From an uncultured Verrucomicrobiota bacterium (GTDB lineage: Bacteria; Verrucomicrobiota; Verrucomicrobiia; Limisphaerales; UBA1096): 57,287 nucleotides of DNA. The stretch's first letter is position 1. Each line of letters opens with the position of its first letter. The stretch covers positions 1-57,287 of the forward strand of contig CAJWEP010000002.1 of assembly GCA_913030945.1 (NCBI GenBank). Direction: 5' to 3'. Shown here piece after piece: positions 1 to 9,534 of this stretch. The translations under genes and the position numbers were made by a program. The notes beneath the pieces were generated by a model. The model was not told the origin of the DNA. It searched no databases and saw nothing but the letters and a program-made list of their open reading frames with translations.

Positions 1-61
1 GCCCTATCGATCAACTGCTAAAGAATCCCGCTTCCCAAATTCTCCAGTCCTTTCTCGACCA

Positions 62-808
62 ATGGGCAGCGAAGCGGAACTTGCCCCATACTTGAGGCTC
101 GTTACACTGTCCTCACCCATGAGTGATCACAACGCTATTCTCGAGGCCAAGCTGAAAGTCATCGACGAAACCCATCGTTGTGTTGCCGGTAAAACCGCGC
201 TGATTGTCATCGACATGCAGCATGGGTTCATTGACGAGGGCGCCTCACTGGAGGTGGCCGCCGCGCAGCATATCATCCCCATTATCTCCGGGCTGATTGA
301 TGCTTGCCGATCGAAAGGTGCGCCGGTGATTTTCACGGAGTTTGTGTATGCGGACAACGTGCCGTGCCTGCGCGGTGATCCTTTCGGCATCGAGCACCTG
401 CCGAGCGAGAGCTCGCCCGGTTTTGGCAGCAAATCGAGCAACTGCCTGATCGGCCACAACGCCGGAACAGGAGTGGAGTCTGCGGAAACGATTGAAGAAC
501 TCAAGCCGCGTCCGGAGGAACTCATCATTCGCGGGCATACCTACGACAAATTTTATGGCACACCGCTGGATCTTGCCCTGCGCAGCCAGGGAATAACGCA
601 CCTACTGATGACCGGCATCACCACCGACGTGTGCGTCAACTCCACCCTCATTGCCGCCACCCAGCGCAACTATCGGGTTACTGCCATCACCGATGGCTGC
701 GCCTCACCCTGGCCGGAGTTGCACGAGGCCTGTTTTAAGATCTGGCAGCCCAAATTTGCGCGGCTAAAAACTGCAGCTGAGGTGTTGGAAGAATTCGAGG
801 TCCTGTAG
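62..808 (+). CDS. isochorismatase-family (cysteine hydrolase) protein
   Basis: 248-aa ORF. The LIVIDMQHGF and TGITTDVCVNST blocks are typical of the isochorismatase/nicotinamidase fold. The start could be an internal Met. Confidence 0.8.
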   Translation: MGSEAELAPYLRLVTLSSPMSDHNAILEAKLKVIDETHRCVAGKTALIVIDMQHGFIDEGASLEVAAAQHIIPIISGLIDACRSKGAPVIFTEFVYADNVPCLRGDPFGIEHLPSESSPGFGSKSSNCLIGHNAGTGVESAETIEELKPRPEELIIRGHTYDKFYGTPLDLALRSQGITHLLMTGITTDVCVNSTLIAATQRNYRVTAITDGCASPWPELHEACFKIWQPKFARLKTAAEVLEEFEVL

Positions 809-962
809 GGCAAAATTCCTCTGAAGCGATTAGTTATGCCAACATTTTTGTTACCACCTCGCCGCTGACGTTGGTTAGTCGAGCGTCGAATGCACTGGGA
901 CAAATGCGAGACGCAAAAAACAGTTTGCTGCTTTGAGCGATGAGCTACATCGATGGCAAATC

Positions 963-3128
963 CTACCAGATGGATTTTAGTTCGTGGGCTTCCAGGTTGA
1001 CAAGTTTCGCCTTGCCTCCCTGGGCTACGACCGAGACTTCTGTTGTGTCCTGTTTTGCGGGTCCCGATCCACTGATGAAAACCCGGCCATCGTTGCCGAC
1101 AATCTCGGTCAGCGAACGGTCTGCCAGAACCTGTATGCTGATCTTGCCATCCGCCGGTTTGAGCGGCGAGCCGTTCAGCTTTTGACCATTCACGTCATAC
1201 TTGATGGTTCGACCGGGCAAGTTGAGGACAATGGCCTTGGCGACACCCAGCTCTACGGTCAGGCGCACGTCGAGGAGATCGCTACCCACGGCCATGGTGA
1301 CCGGTTTGTCGGCGGCGAGTTCCTGGGCCCGAGCCTGGTTGCTCTTGGCACGCAGGTTCTCGATTTCCTTGATCGGTTTGGCGTACATGCGGACACCATC
1401 CTCCGTCTGGCGCAAGGTCAGGCGGTGGGGAAAGCTGAAGTGCTGGTTGTACGGCCCCGGGGCACCGATGCGCAACCAGCCCATCTGGATTTTGCGCCCG
1501 TCGGGCGGATTATCGAAGGTCTGGGAGGCATAATAAGGGCCCCAGTGCACCTGGTGCTTCTCCTTGTGCTCGGGGGTGAAGACCTTGCCGTCGAACTGTC
1601 CAACCTGGTATTTGGCATCGGCCGCGTAAACCACCCAGCGGGTGTTCTTCTTGTCGCCGTCGACCGGTAGTTCGAAGAGCTCGGTGCACTCGTAGTAGCC
1701 CGGCAGGTGGCTTTGCTCGGTCCATTCCTTCATGTCGGTCGAGGTGTAGAAGGCGGCGTTTCTGCCGTGTTCCTTGTTCTGGTCAAACACGGTCATGACC
1801 CAGTGGCCACCCAGTTTCCTGGCTGCATCATCGAGGGGCCTATCCTTTTTATCGTATTCGTACCAGGTTACCTTCGGGTCACGCCCGCCATGTTTCACCA
1901 CGGGGTTCTTCTCGTAGTAGGTGAAGGTGTCTCCGTTATCGTTGCTGTAGGCGATGCATTCGCCGCATCCGGTGTCGGTGAAGAAGGCGACTAAAGTGTT
2001 CTTGCCCCAACCGGCTGTGTTTTCCTTGTCCACCGTGGCGCTGCCGGAGAAGCAGTCGCGCACTGCCATGGTTTTCGGAAAGAGCTTGTTCGGTTGCTGC
2101 TCCCAGTACAGGAGATCCTTGCTCGTGGCGTGCCCCCAGGTCATGTTGCCCCATGGGAGCGCCACTGGGTTGTGCTGAAAGAAGAAGTGCCAGGTGCCTT
2201 CATGGTAGACCATCCCGTTGGGATCGTTGTTCCAACCCACTTTCTGGGTGAAGTGGAACTGGGGACGATAAGGCTCTTTGTAGAAGTTCTCCTCGCCCGG
2301 TATGACGTCGGACTGCTTGACTAAGGCAAAACCGTCTTCTGTGGCCTTGCTCGCCACCACACGAGCTTTCTTGCCCTTGTAGCTCTCTATGGTGAAGTAG
2401 GCGTACCAGTTGGTCGATTCGGCAGAAGGTGCGATGCTAAGGCCATAGCGACGCACTTCCTCGTCGTCCACAAAAAGCTGTATCTGCCCACCTTTGCCCC
2501 CACTGTCCTGAATAGGTATGACGAGGTACTTGTTCTCGACCGTGAATTCCTTCTCATTGTTGCCGAAATTGGGAATTTTGGGCTTGGTATCGGTTTGGAC
2601 GATATGATCCACATTGACGTGCCCCCAGCCACCGGTCTCGGCATCCACGATCTGCAGCGTGACCGTTTTGCCTTTGAATTTCTTTACGTCCCAAACGCCG
2701 GGCTGCAGCGTCTCGCTACCGCCGGGCTGGTTGTTGGTACCGGTGACACTACGGACTGTTTTCCCGTCCAGCAAGAGGTTCATGCAGGTCTTGCCTCTAT
2801 GCCCCCCTCCCCCGACGAGAAAGCTCAGGTAGTTACGTTCTACTTTAATCGATGGAGAAGTCAGGGTGCCAACCGTGCGATCGTGGTTGAAAAAGCTGTT
2901 CACGAGACGTTTGCCCTTGTAGCCGCTGACGTGCATCTGCCCTGGCAAGGTCCCCTTCGCCGGCCCGGGACCAAAGGCTTCGCCCTCCACCTTCCAGTCG
3001 CCGTAGGTTTCAGCCTCGAAATCGGCGATCAAAAGATCGGGGCGTGGTTTATCTTGCTGGGCCCAAACAAGGGAACCGGTTGTTACCAAGGCCGTAAATA
3101 CCGTTTTGATATGGGTTTTCAGATTCAC
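963..3128 (-). CDS. glycoside hydrolase family 32 (levanase/fructan beta-fructosidase-like), secreted
   Basis: 721-aa ORF with an N-terminal signal peptide. It carries the GH32 catalytic blocks WNNDPNG (W at residue 299), FSGSA and ECTELF, preceded by a ~290-aa N-terminal extension. Confidence 0.85.
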   Translation of the reverse strand: MNLKTHIKTVFTALVTTGSLVWAQQDKPRPDLLIADFEAETYGDWKVEGEAFGPGPAKGTLPGQMHVSGYKGKRLVNSFFNHDRTVGTLTSPSIKVERNYLSFLVGGGGHRGKTCMNLLLDGKTVRSVTGTNNQPGGSETLQPGVWDVKKFKGKTVTLQIVDAETGGWGHVNVDHIVQTDTKPKIPNFGNNEKEFTVENKYLVIPIQDSGGKGGQIQLFVDDEEVRRYGLSIAPSAESTNWYAYFTIESYKGKKARVVASKATEDGFALVKQSDVIPGEENFYKEPYRPQFHFTQKVGWNNDPNGMVYHEGTWHFFFQHNPVALPWGNMTWGHATSKDLLYWEQQPNKLFPKTMAVRDCFSGSATVDKENTAGWGKNTLVAFFTDTGCGECIAYSNDNGDTFTYYEKNPVVKHGGRDPKVTWYEYDKKDRPLDDAARKLGGHWVMTVFDQNKEHGRNAAFYTSTDMKEWTEQSHLPGYYECTELFELPVDGDKKNTRWVVYAADAKYQVGQFDGKVFTPEHKEKHQVHWGPYYASQTFDNPPDGRKIQMGWLRIGAPGPYNQHFSFPHRLTLRQTEDGVRMYAKPIKEIENLRAKSNQARAQELAADKPVTMAVGSDLLDVRLTVELGVAKAIVLNLPGRTIKYDVNGQKLNGSPLKPADGKISIQVLADRSLTEIVGNDGRVFISGSGPAKQDTTEVSVVAQGGKAKLVNLEAHELKSIW

Positions 3129-3459
3129 AGTAAGTTTCCTTTCTTCGGAGCTAAAGTGCTAATGACGGCTGCTGCGTTGACATATTCACAACAGATTACC
3201 AGCTTGTTTAACAACGGTCAACTGCTGCGACTCCCCACACCCCGCCAATAGCACGGCTGCGATTGTTGTGATTATCTGTTGTTTCATTTTCGTTTAGCTT
3301 TCAATTCTTTACCTGTCTTGGTGCTGTGTATATGGAGGAGGTTGACGGTTCACCGTGCCGTACGCAAATCCAGAAGACTCTTGTTCCGAACTTAGCTTAA
3401 AGCACCTTGATCTGGATTTGATTGCAGCCGTATTGCTCATCTGATTCCAACGTGCCGGT

Positions 3460-5184
3460 TTATACTTTTTTCACCAGGAAATCCCCGATGGCAAGGTATT
3501 GGAGGTCGCTGCCAAAAAACATCTCCAGGGCGTCTTCCGGAGAGCAGACCATCGGCTCGCCGCGACGGTTAAGTGAGGTGTTAAGCAGCATCGGAATACC
3601 AGTCCGAGCCTCGAATTTTTTCAGCAGCTCATGGTAGCGCGGATTCGAGTTCTGAGTGACAATTTGCGGCCGTACGGTGCCGTCCTCGTGGACAATCTCC
3701 GGCACGCGCGGCTTCCAATGGTCAGCCACGTCAAAAGTGAAAGTCATGTAGGGGGAGGGATGTTTGGTTTGTAGGAAGTCGCAGGCCACGGTGTCGAGGA
3801 TGGATGGACAAAAGGGACGCCAACGCTCTCGGTATTTGATCTGGGTGTTGATGGTATCGGCTGTGCCGTGAATGCCAGGATGGCCGAGGATGCTGCGGTT
3901 ACCCAGGGCGCGCGGGCCGAACTCCATCCTACCTTGGAACCATGAGACTACCTCACCCCGGGAGAGCAATTCGCTGACGGTGTCGGTGATGGAATCGCAT
4001 CGCTCGTACCGGACGTCCCGCGTGTCAAGCATTCGGCGAATCTCATCATTGGAATACTCGGGGCCAAGATAGGCGTGCTGCATTGGCAGAACTTTGTCAC
4101 CCAGTTGGTGAGCCGCATGGGTGGCCGCCCCAAGCGCGGAACCAGCATCGCTGGCTGCCGGCTGCACGAACAATTCACCCTCTATCGGGTCGAGGTATTC
4201 AACAATTCGCTGGTTGGCCTTGACGTTGAGCGCCACGCCACCGGCATAGGCGAGCCGACGGGTACTGCTGATGAGGTCCCCGAGATAGTGCCGAATCAGC
4301 GCAAGGAGCACCTCCTCGAGTTGACGCTGGACCGCGGCAGCAATGTGGATATAGGGCTCATCTTTGTCATCGCCGCTGCGTGGCAACCCCCAGTGGTCGA
4401 TCAATTTTTGTGAAAAATAGGTTCCTTGGCCGGTGTCGCGTTTGTGGCGGCGGATGCCGATGCAGTTTGCCAGTTGGGTGTTGACTCGGAAGCCGCGCTC
4501 ATCCCAGTCCATGAGCTGCGACACATCAGAGCGCTGCGGATCGCCATAGGGGGCCATGCCCATGACCTTGAATTCTCCGTCCAGCATCTCAAAGCCCAGA
4601 AACTCAGTGACAGCTCCGTAGAGTCCCCCCAGTGAGTCGGGCATGTAAAACTCCTTGATGCAATGAATTTCCCCGCTCCGGCCGTGTCCAAACCAAGTGG
4701 TGGCGTATTCGCCATTGCCGTCCACACTCAGGATGGCGGAGTCGCGATATCCAGAAAGATGATAGGCACTGGAGGCGTGTGCCAGATGATGCTCCACGGG
4801 AAAAAAACGGATTTTGTCCGGGTTGATGCCGAGTCGTTTTAGCGCAGCGAAGAGTTGATGGCGAAACCGACGAAACCGGCGGTTGCCGTTGAAAATGGCT
4901 GTCAGCGCGCGGTCGGGCGCATACCAGTGGCGTCGAGCGAAATGCCAGCGGCCGGGATGAAAAAAAGCAAGCGGAGCAAAGGGGATGGCAACAGCATCGA
5001 CATCGGACGGCTTGAGCCCGGCGTGCTCAAGGCAGAACCTCGCCGCCTCGCTAGCCTGCCTCCCCTTGGCGTGTTTGTCCCGGATCAACCTCTCCTCCTC
5101 AACTGCGGCGACAACTCGCCCATCGACGACCAACGCCGCCGCCGGGTCGTGACCGACGCATCCTCCCATTCCCAAGACGTTCAT
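3460..5184 (-). CDS. carbamoyltransferase (NodU/CmcH family)
   Basis: 574-aa ORF. The N-terminus MNVLGMGG..HDPAAALVVDGRVVAAVEEERLIRDKH and the overall length are typical of NodU/CmcH O-carbamoyltransferases. Its start lies 1 nt from the stop of the upstream ankyrin gene. Confidence 0.85.
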   Translation of the reverse strand: MNVLGMGGCVGHDPAAALVVDGRVVAAVEEERLIRDKHAKGRQASEAARFCLEHAGLKPSDVDAVAIPFAPLAFFHPGRWHFARRHWYAPDRALTAIFNGNRRFRRFRHQLFAALKRLGINPDKIRFFPVEHHLAHASSAYHLSGYRDSAILSVDGNGEYATTWFGHGRSGEIHCIKEFYMPDSLGGLYGAVTEFLGFEMLDGEFKVMGMAPYGDPQRSDVSQLMDWDERGFRVNTQLANCIGIRRHKRDTGQGTYFSQKLIDHWGLPRSGDDKDEPYIHIAAAVQRQLEEVLLALIRHYLGDLISSTRRLAYAGGVALNVKANQRIVEYLDPIEGELFVQPAASDAGSALGAATHAAHQLGDKVLPMQHAYLGPEYSNDEIRRMLDTRDVRYERCDSITDTVSELLSRGEVVSWFQGRMEFGPRALGNRSILGHPGIHGTADTINTQIKYRERWRPFCPSILDTVACDFLQTKHPSPYMTFTFDVADHWKPRVPEIVHEDGTVRPQIVTQNSNPRYHELLKKFEARTGIPMLLNTSLNRRGEPMVCSPEDALEMFFGSDLQYLAIGDFLVKKV

Positions 5185-5185
5185 T

Positions 5186-5461
5186 TCAAAACCAATACCA
5201 TTGATTGGCTAATGGCTCGTATGAGCTTGAATGCGAACTCCTTGCTGTGAGCAGTTCGACGATTTCCTTGTGAACAAGACGAGTCGCATAATTCAAAGGA
5301 GTCAATCCACTTACATCCTCATCACCCACATCCATGCCTTTACTCAATTCCGCTTGGACACCAGCAAGATCTCCATTCTCGGCAGCATCGTGAATCGGGT
5401 CTGCGAAGGCAGTTGTGACCAGTAGTAAGGTAATCGTCAGCGTCGTGATTAACTGTTTCAT
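5186..5461 (-). CDS. small secreted ankyrin-repeat protein
   Basis: 91-aa ORF. It has a signal peptide (MKQLITTLTITLLLVTTAFA) and an ANK-like block (GLTPLNYATRLVHKEIVELL). Confidence 0.65.
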   Translation of the reverse strand: MKQLITTLTITLLLVTTAFADPIHDAAENGDLAGVQAELSKGMDVGDEDVSGLTPLNYATRLVHKEIVELLTARSSHSSSYEPLANQWYWF

Positions 5462-5607
5462 CGGTCAAACAGAAATCCAACCATTCATAATCGGTTTAAA
5501 GCACCGCCAAAACTGTCTGAAGCAAAACAATTACTGCAATGCACACTCAACCAATAGCACAACTGGGGTACCATCCAAACACCTCACTAAAACCGGCACG
5601 TCGAGCT

Positions 5608-6537
5608 TCAGTGGGTCATCGCGTAGATGAGAATGTTGATACCCATCGGGTACGACTTGGGCTCGGAGAAATGTTTAAAATACCAAGGGGTCGCCCCCTC
5701 CTCCTCCCAGCCGTCGCCGACATCGGTGTTGTGGCAGGCAACGCCCATCATGCGGTTCTTCTTGTCAAAGTAGGCGTAATAATGAGGCAAGGGCGGCAGG
5801 GTCTCGTACTGTTTTCTCTCCCAAGTAACTCCGCTTTCCAAGGCCTGTTGCGCCGTGGCGAACCGATGACTCTCGTACCAGTCCTCACTCGGAACCTGCG
5901 GCTTTTCATTTAACGGAAATACATGGTTAAAAAGCGGATGATCAACGGCCAAATCGACCGGTTCAATATTGGGTAATACCCGTTTCATTTCACGGTAAAA
6001 CGTCTCCCACTCCGATTCGCTCCAAAAATCATCTGCCATGAAAAAGCCGCCGTTGAGCAGGTAATCGCGAAAGCCCTTGACCTCATCCTCGCCAAGGGAC
6101 ATGGAACGCGGATCGGTGATGTAGACAAACGGATGCTCATTCAGCAAATCCCCTGTGAACTCGACAAGCGTGCCATCCGGGTCGGCCTTGATGGCGGTGA
6201 GCTGCTCGATGCGAAAGGAAAAATTCAGGTCTGCATCGGGATAATCCACCCGCCACCCGCCGCCGAACCCCCGGCCATAGCCGGAGTATTGCACCCGGGC
6301 AAAGGTGAACTTGTCATGCGGCAACTCAGCATCGTTTTCCCAATCCGGCACGCCGGCACGGCCACCCCGGCCGCCGCCGAATCCGCCGCGACCACTACGG
6401 CCTCCGGGATCACGGGTCCACTGCGCCACAGCTGCTGCTCCCAGCAGAGCCACAGCCAGCATCGACAAAACGATTTTTTGTGCCCAGTTTTTCAAGAGTC
6501 CCGCTTGGTTAAGCGCCTGGCCTGACCAAGTTGCCAT
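5608..6537 (-). CDS. DUF4159-like exported/membrane-anchored protein
   Basis: 309-aa ORF with an N-terminal TM helix and a Gly/Arg-rich linker. The blocks RVDYPDADLNFSFRIEQLT, HPFVYITD, LLNGGFFMADDF and the C-terminal GINILIYAMTH resemble DUF4159, as recalled from memory. Confidence 0.6.
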   Translation of the reverse strand: MATWSGQALNQAGLLKNWAQKIVLSMLAVALLGAAAVAQWTRDPGGRSGRGGFGGGRGGRAGVPDWENDAELPHDKFTFARVQYSGYGRGFGGGWRVDYPDADLNFSFRIEQLTAIKADPDGTLVEFTGDLLNEHPFVYITDPRSMSLGEDEVKGFRDYLLNGGFFMADDFWSESEWETFYREMKRVLPNIEPVDLAVDHPLFNHVFPLNEKPQVPSEDWYESHRFATAQQALESGVTWERKQYETLPPLPHYYAYFDKKNRMMGVACHNTDVGDGWEEEGATPWYFKHFSEPKSYPMGINILIYAMTH

Positions 6538-6607
6538 ACGCCGCAGGTCACGAATTAGTTACGGTTTGCCCTCAAAAAGCAAGCCAAGCGAATGATCCCC
6601 AACATGT

Positions 6608-7513
6608 TCAGGTGGCCGGAATACAGCGCTGAAACAGCATAGCCAAACCAAAAAGCAGGAAGAACACCATGCCGGTTTGCATATCCTGATTTGCTGCCAA
6701 CAAAAAATCGAGAAGCACAATGCCCGCCAGCAAACCGGATACCGTCCGGCCGTATTGTGGCATGATTGACTTGAACGTGAACAGCAGGCTGCGAACAATC
6801 CAAAGAGCATAAAGGCATGCGGCGAAGATTAACCCGCTCCAAGCCACCTCCACCCCGCCGGGTAAACATGCTGATGCAATCGCAAGCAGCAAAGGCAAGG
6901 CAAGCAACCAGGCAGGCCAGGAATTGACCCGGCCACCCGTAGCCTCTCGACGGGCAATGTTGCTGAGGCCCACGACATAGCCGCACAACGCAACCGCCCC
7001 GAGGATGACTGGCAAGGTAACGCAGCCAACAGCGACGGCACAAGCCAGCAGGTACAGAAGAAAACGGCACAAGCCCATGATGAGCGGCGACCAGATGATT
7101 CGCTTGTGAAGCCAGTCGTACCAAAGAATGCCTCCAGCCAAGCCCAGCGCGAAGAGTGCCGCAATGGAGTTGATCCAAACGACACAGCCAAGACCAAGCG
7201 CCATCTGGACGCTCCCCAAAATCCAGACTGCCCTAGCGCTGATGGCGCCGCTGGGGATGGGGCGCTCAGTTCGATGTTCCCGATCAAACCGTTCATCGAA
7301 AGCGTCATTGAGAAACATTCCGGCGAGATAGAGCAACGTCGCCCCACCGGCAAGCCAGACGAAACGTACCTGATCCGCGGACTCGACCAGCGCGCCGTCG
7401 GCCAACAACCAAGCGGCGAGGCAGTTCGACCACACCGTGGGAAGGTTGGAAACCCGGCCCAGCATCAGTATGGCCTTCAAACAACCGTAGGATGAATCGC
7501 GCTTCGGGCGCAT
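6608..7513 (-). CDS. eboC: UbiA-family prenyltransferase (EboC-like by context)
   Basis: 301-aa polytopic membrane ORF with the Asp-rich motif NDAFDERFD. It starts 1 nt after the stop of the EboE-like gene. Confidence 0.7.
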   Translation of the reverse strand: MRPKRDSSYGCLKAILMLGRVSNLPTVWSNCLAAWLLADGALVESADQVRFVWLAGGATLLYLAGMFLNDAFDERFDREHRTERPIPSGAISARAVWILGSVQMALGLGCVVWINSIAALFALGLAGGILWYDWLHKRIIWSPLIMGLCRFLLYLLACAVAVGCVTLPVILGAVALCGYVVGLSNIARREATGGRVNSWPAWLLALPLLLAIASACLPGGVEVAWSGLIFAACLYALWIVRSLLFTFKSIMPQYGRTVSGLLAGIVLLDFLLAANQDMQTGMVFFLLFGLAMLFQRCIPAT

Positions 7514-7514
7514 G

Positions 7515-8693
7515 TCAGTCAGTTGGGGTAATCCCCTGCTCTGCCAGCTTGGCCAGGGTCCAGTCGTACTCGCCGACGAGTTGATCGACGACGTCGCGCT
7601 GTTTCATCTCGTCGGGCAACACTTCCCACGTGTACGTCTCCATTTCGATGTGCGAACAGAGCGCCGGGTTGGCGCCGAGCACACCGATGGCTTGCTGCAG
7701 CTGGTCTGCCGTGGTGTCGAACAACACCGTCGGCGGGCAGTGCAGCGGGACGTGAAAATGAATCCGCCACTCGGTGTCGCCAGCTGTCTCGCTGCGCGCG
7801 GCGGCGGCCAACGCGTCCGGCAAATCGCGATACCGCGTGAGCGCACCGTCCGCGCTTCTTGTCACGACTTGATGAAAATAAATGTCCTCCGCGAAGCCGG
7901 CCAAGCCGTCAAGCGTCTCGGCGCTTGGCTGCACCTTGAGCGCGGAACTGAAATGCAGCTTGCTGATGCGAATGCCCTCGGCAGCCAACGAGTCAAGTGC
8001 GGCGGCAGCCTCCTCGAACTCGACGGCCAGATGGCAGGTGTCGTAGTTAATCCCCAAGCGCTTGGCCAACCGATCGTCACCGGGCCGGTCGTCGCGCAGT
8101 TGCCGGTAAAACCGGATCATCTCCTCAGTCGTTTCCAGATAACACAACGGCTCTGGCTCGAGGCCGAGGTGCAGATCCTTGCCGGTCTTTTCGCTGAGCA
8201 CGTCGATGTGCTCGACCACTTCCCAAACGTTGCGCCGCATGGCCTCGACCTGCTCGTCACCGGTGATGAATTCCTTGAACGAGCATGGCACGGTGCTGAC
8301 GCTGCCACCCGCATCCGCCGGGGCAAGCTCGGCTAGGATATCGAACAGCCGCCTGGTGTATTCCACGCGCTCCGGAGTCGTCCAGTCCGGCTGATAAACC
8401 TGCTCCTTGATGCGTTTCCCGTGAAAATCGCCATGCGGGAAGCCGTTGATGGTGAAGATGTAACAGTTGTTTTCGTCGAGCCAGGCGCGAAAGCGTTCAA
8501 GCTCGCCCGCTTGGCCAAGCTGGCGGGAGGCAGTGTCGCCCAACCGCAGGCCGATCGCATAAGGCCTACCCGCACCAACGCGGTCCCGCACGCGGAGCGT
8601 ATGCTCGTTTAGCGACCGGAACGTCTCCGGCCAGTCGCCACCGCGATGGACGTTTGTGCAGTAGGCCAGATGGATGCCGTGGCTGAGCCTCAT
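7515..8693 (-). CDS. eboE: EboE-like xylose-isomerase-fold TIM-barrel protein
   Basis: 392-aa ORF. The N-terminus HLAYCTNVHRGGDWPETF and the length match my recollection of the EboE family. It sits between TatD-like and UbiA genes. Confidence 0.7.
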   Translation of the reverse strand: MRLSHGIHLAYCTNVHRGGDWPETFRSLNEHTLRVRDRVGAGRPYAIGLRLGDTASRQLGQAGELERFRAWLDENNCYIFTINGFPHGDFHGKRIKEQVYQPDWTTPERVEYTRRLFDILAELAPADAGGSVSTVPCSFKEFITGDEQVEAMRRNVWEVVEHIDVLSEKTGKDLHLGLEPEPLCYLETTEEMIRFYRQLRDDRPGDDRLAKRLGINYDTCHLAVEFEEAAAALDSLAAEGIRISKLHFSSALKVQPSAETLDGLAGFAEDIYFHQVVTRSADGALTRYRDLPDALAAAARSETAGDTEWRIHFHVPLHCPPTVLFDTTADQLQQAIGVLGANPALCSHIEMETYTWEVLPDEMKQRDVVDQLVGEYDWTLAKLAEQGITPTD

Positions 8694-8709
8694 GTGCGCT
8701 TGGGCAAGC

Positions 8710-9522
8710 TCAAAGCCCCACGGGCCTGATGAAGCGCGGGCTCTGGCTCATGAACTCGATCGGGTTTTGATAAACCACCTTGTCGATATACTGGGCATCA
8801 TTGCCACGACGTTTCATTTCCTGCGCAGCCTGCGGCACGGCCAACGGCACACTGATGCCCCAGTCGCACGCGCTGTTCATCCAGATGCGCTCGTTTCCGT
8901 ACACCTCTAGAATGTCAATCGCGCGGTTGGCAGTACACTTGGTCTCGGGGTACAGGGTCATGCCGGCCCAGAACCCGTCATCGAGCACCATTCCCACCGT
9001 ATGCTCCTCGACATGGTCGATGATGCAACGCTCCGGCCGAATGCGGCTGTCGCTTTTGAGCACGTCCAGAATCAGCCGTGTGCCCTTGCGCTTGTCCTCG
9101 AGGTGCGGCGTGTGGACGAGGATCAACTGATCGTTGCTCCCCGCCAGGTCGACGTGCTTCTCGAGCACGGTCATCTCGTTGCGGCTGTTTTTGTTCAGGC
9201 CGATCTCCCCGATGCCAAGCACGTTCGGGCTGTCCATGAATTCCGGGATGATCGCCAGCACTTCGTCAGCGAGCGCGAGGTCCTCCGACTCCTTCGGGTT
9301 GATGCAAAGCCAGGTGTAGTGCGGCAGGCCAAATATCGAGGCTCTTCGCGGCTCGTGCTGCGTGAGTTGGCAAAAGTAGTCGTAAAAGCCCTGCGCCGAA
9401 CTGCGGTCGAACCCCGCCCAGAACGCTGGCTCGCACACCGCCTGACAGCCGGCCATGGCCATGGCCCGGTAATCGTCCGTCGTGCGGCTGACCATGTGGC
9501 CGTGTGGCTCAATGTAGCGCAT
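8710..9522 (-). CDS. eboB: TatD-family metal-dependent hydrolase (EboB-like)
   Basis: 270-aa ORF. The N-terminus MRYIEPHGHMVSRTTDDYRAMAMAG..EPAFW is typical of the EboB subgroup of TatD hydrolases. Confidence 0.7.
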   Translation of the reverse strand: MRYIEPHGHMVSRTTDDYRAMAMAGCQAVCEPAFWAGFDRSSAQGFYDYFCQLTQHEPRRASIFGLPHYTWLCINPKESEDLALADEVLAIIPEFMDSPNVLGIGEIGLNKNSRNEMTVLEKHVDLAGSNDQLILVHTPHLEDKRKGTRLILDVLKSDSRIRPERCIIDHVEEHTVGMVLDDGFWAGMTLYPETKCTANRAIDILEVYGNERIWMNSACDWGISVPLAVPQAAQEMKRRGNDAQYIDKVVYQNPIEFMSQSPRFIRPVGL

Positions 9523-9534
9523 CGTCCTGTTCGG

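Noticed and set aside
808-963. Intrinsic terminator in the convergent spacer between the isochorismatase-family gene and GH32
   Set aside because: Only a weak 5-bp stem (GCAAA/TTTGC around 911-926) without a proper GC-rich stem was seen. This is not enough to call a terminator.
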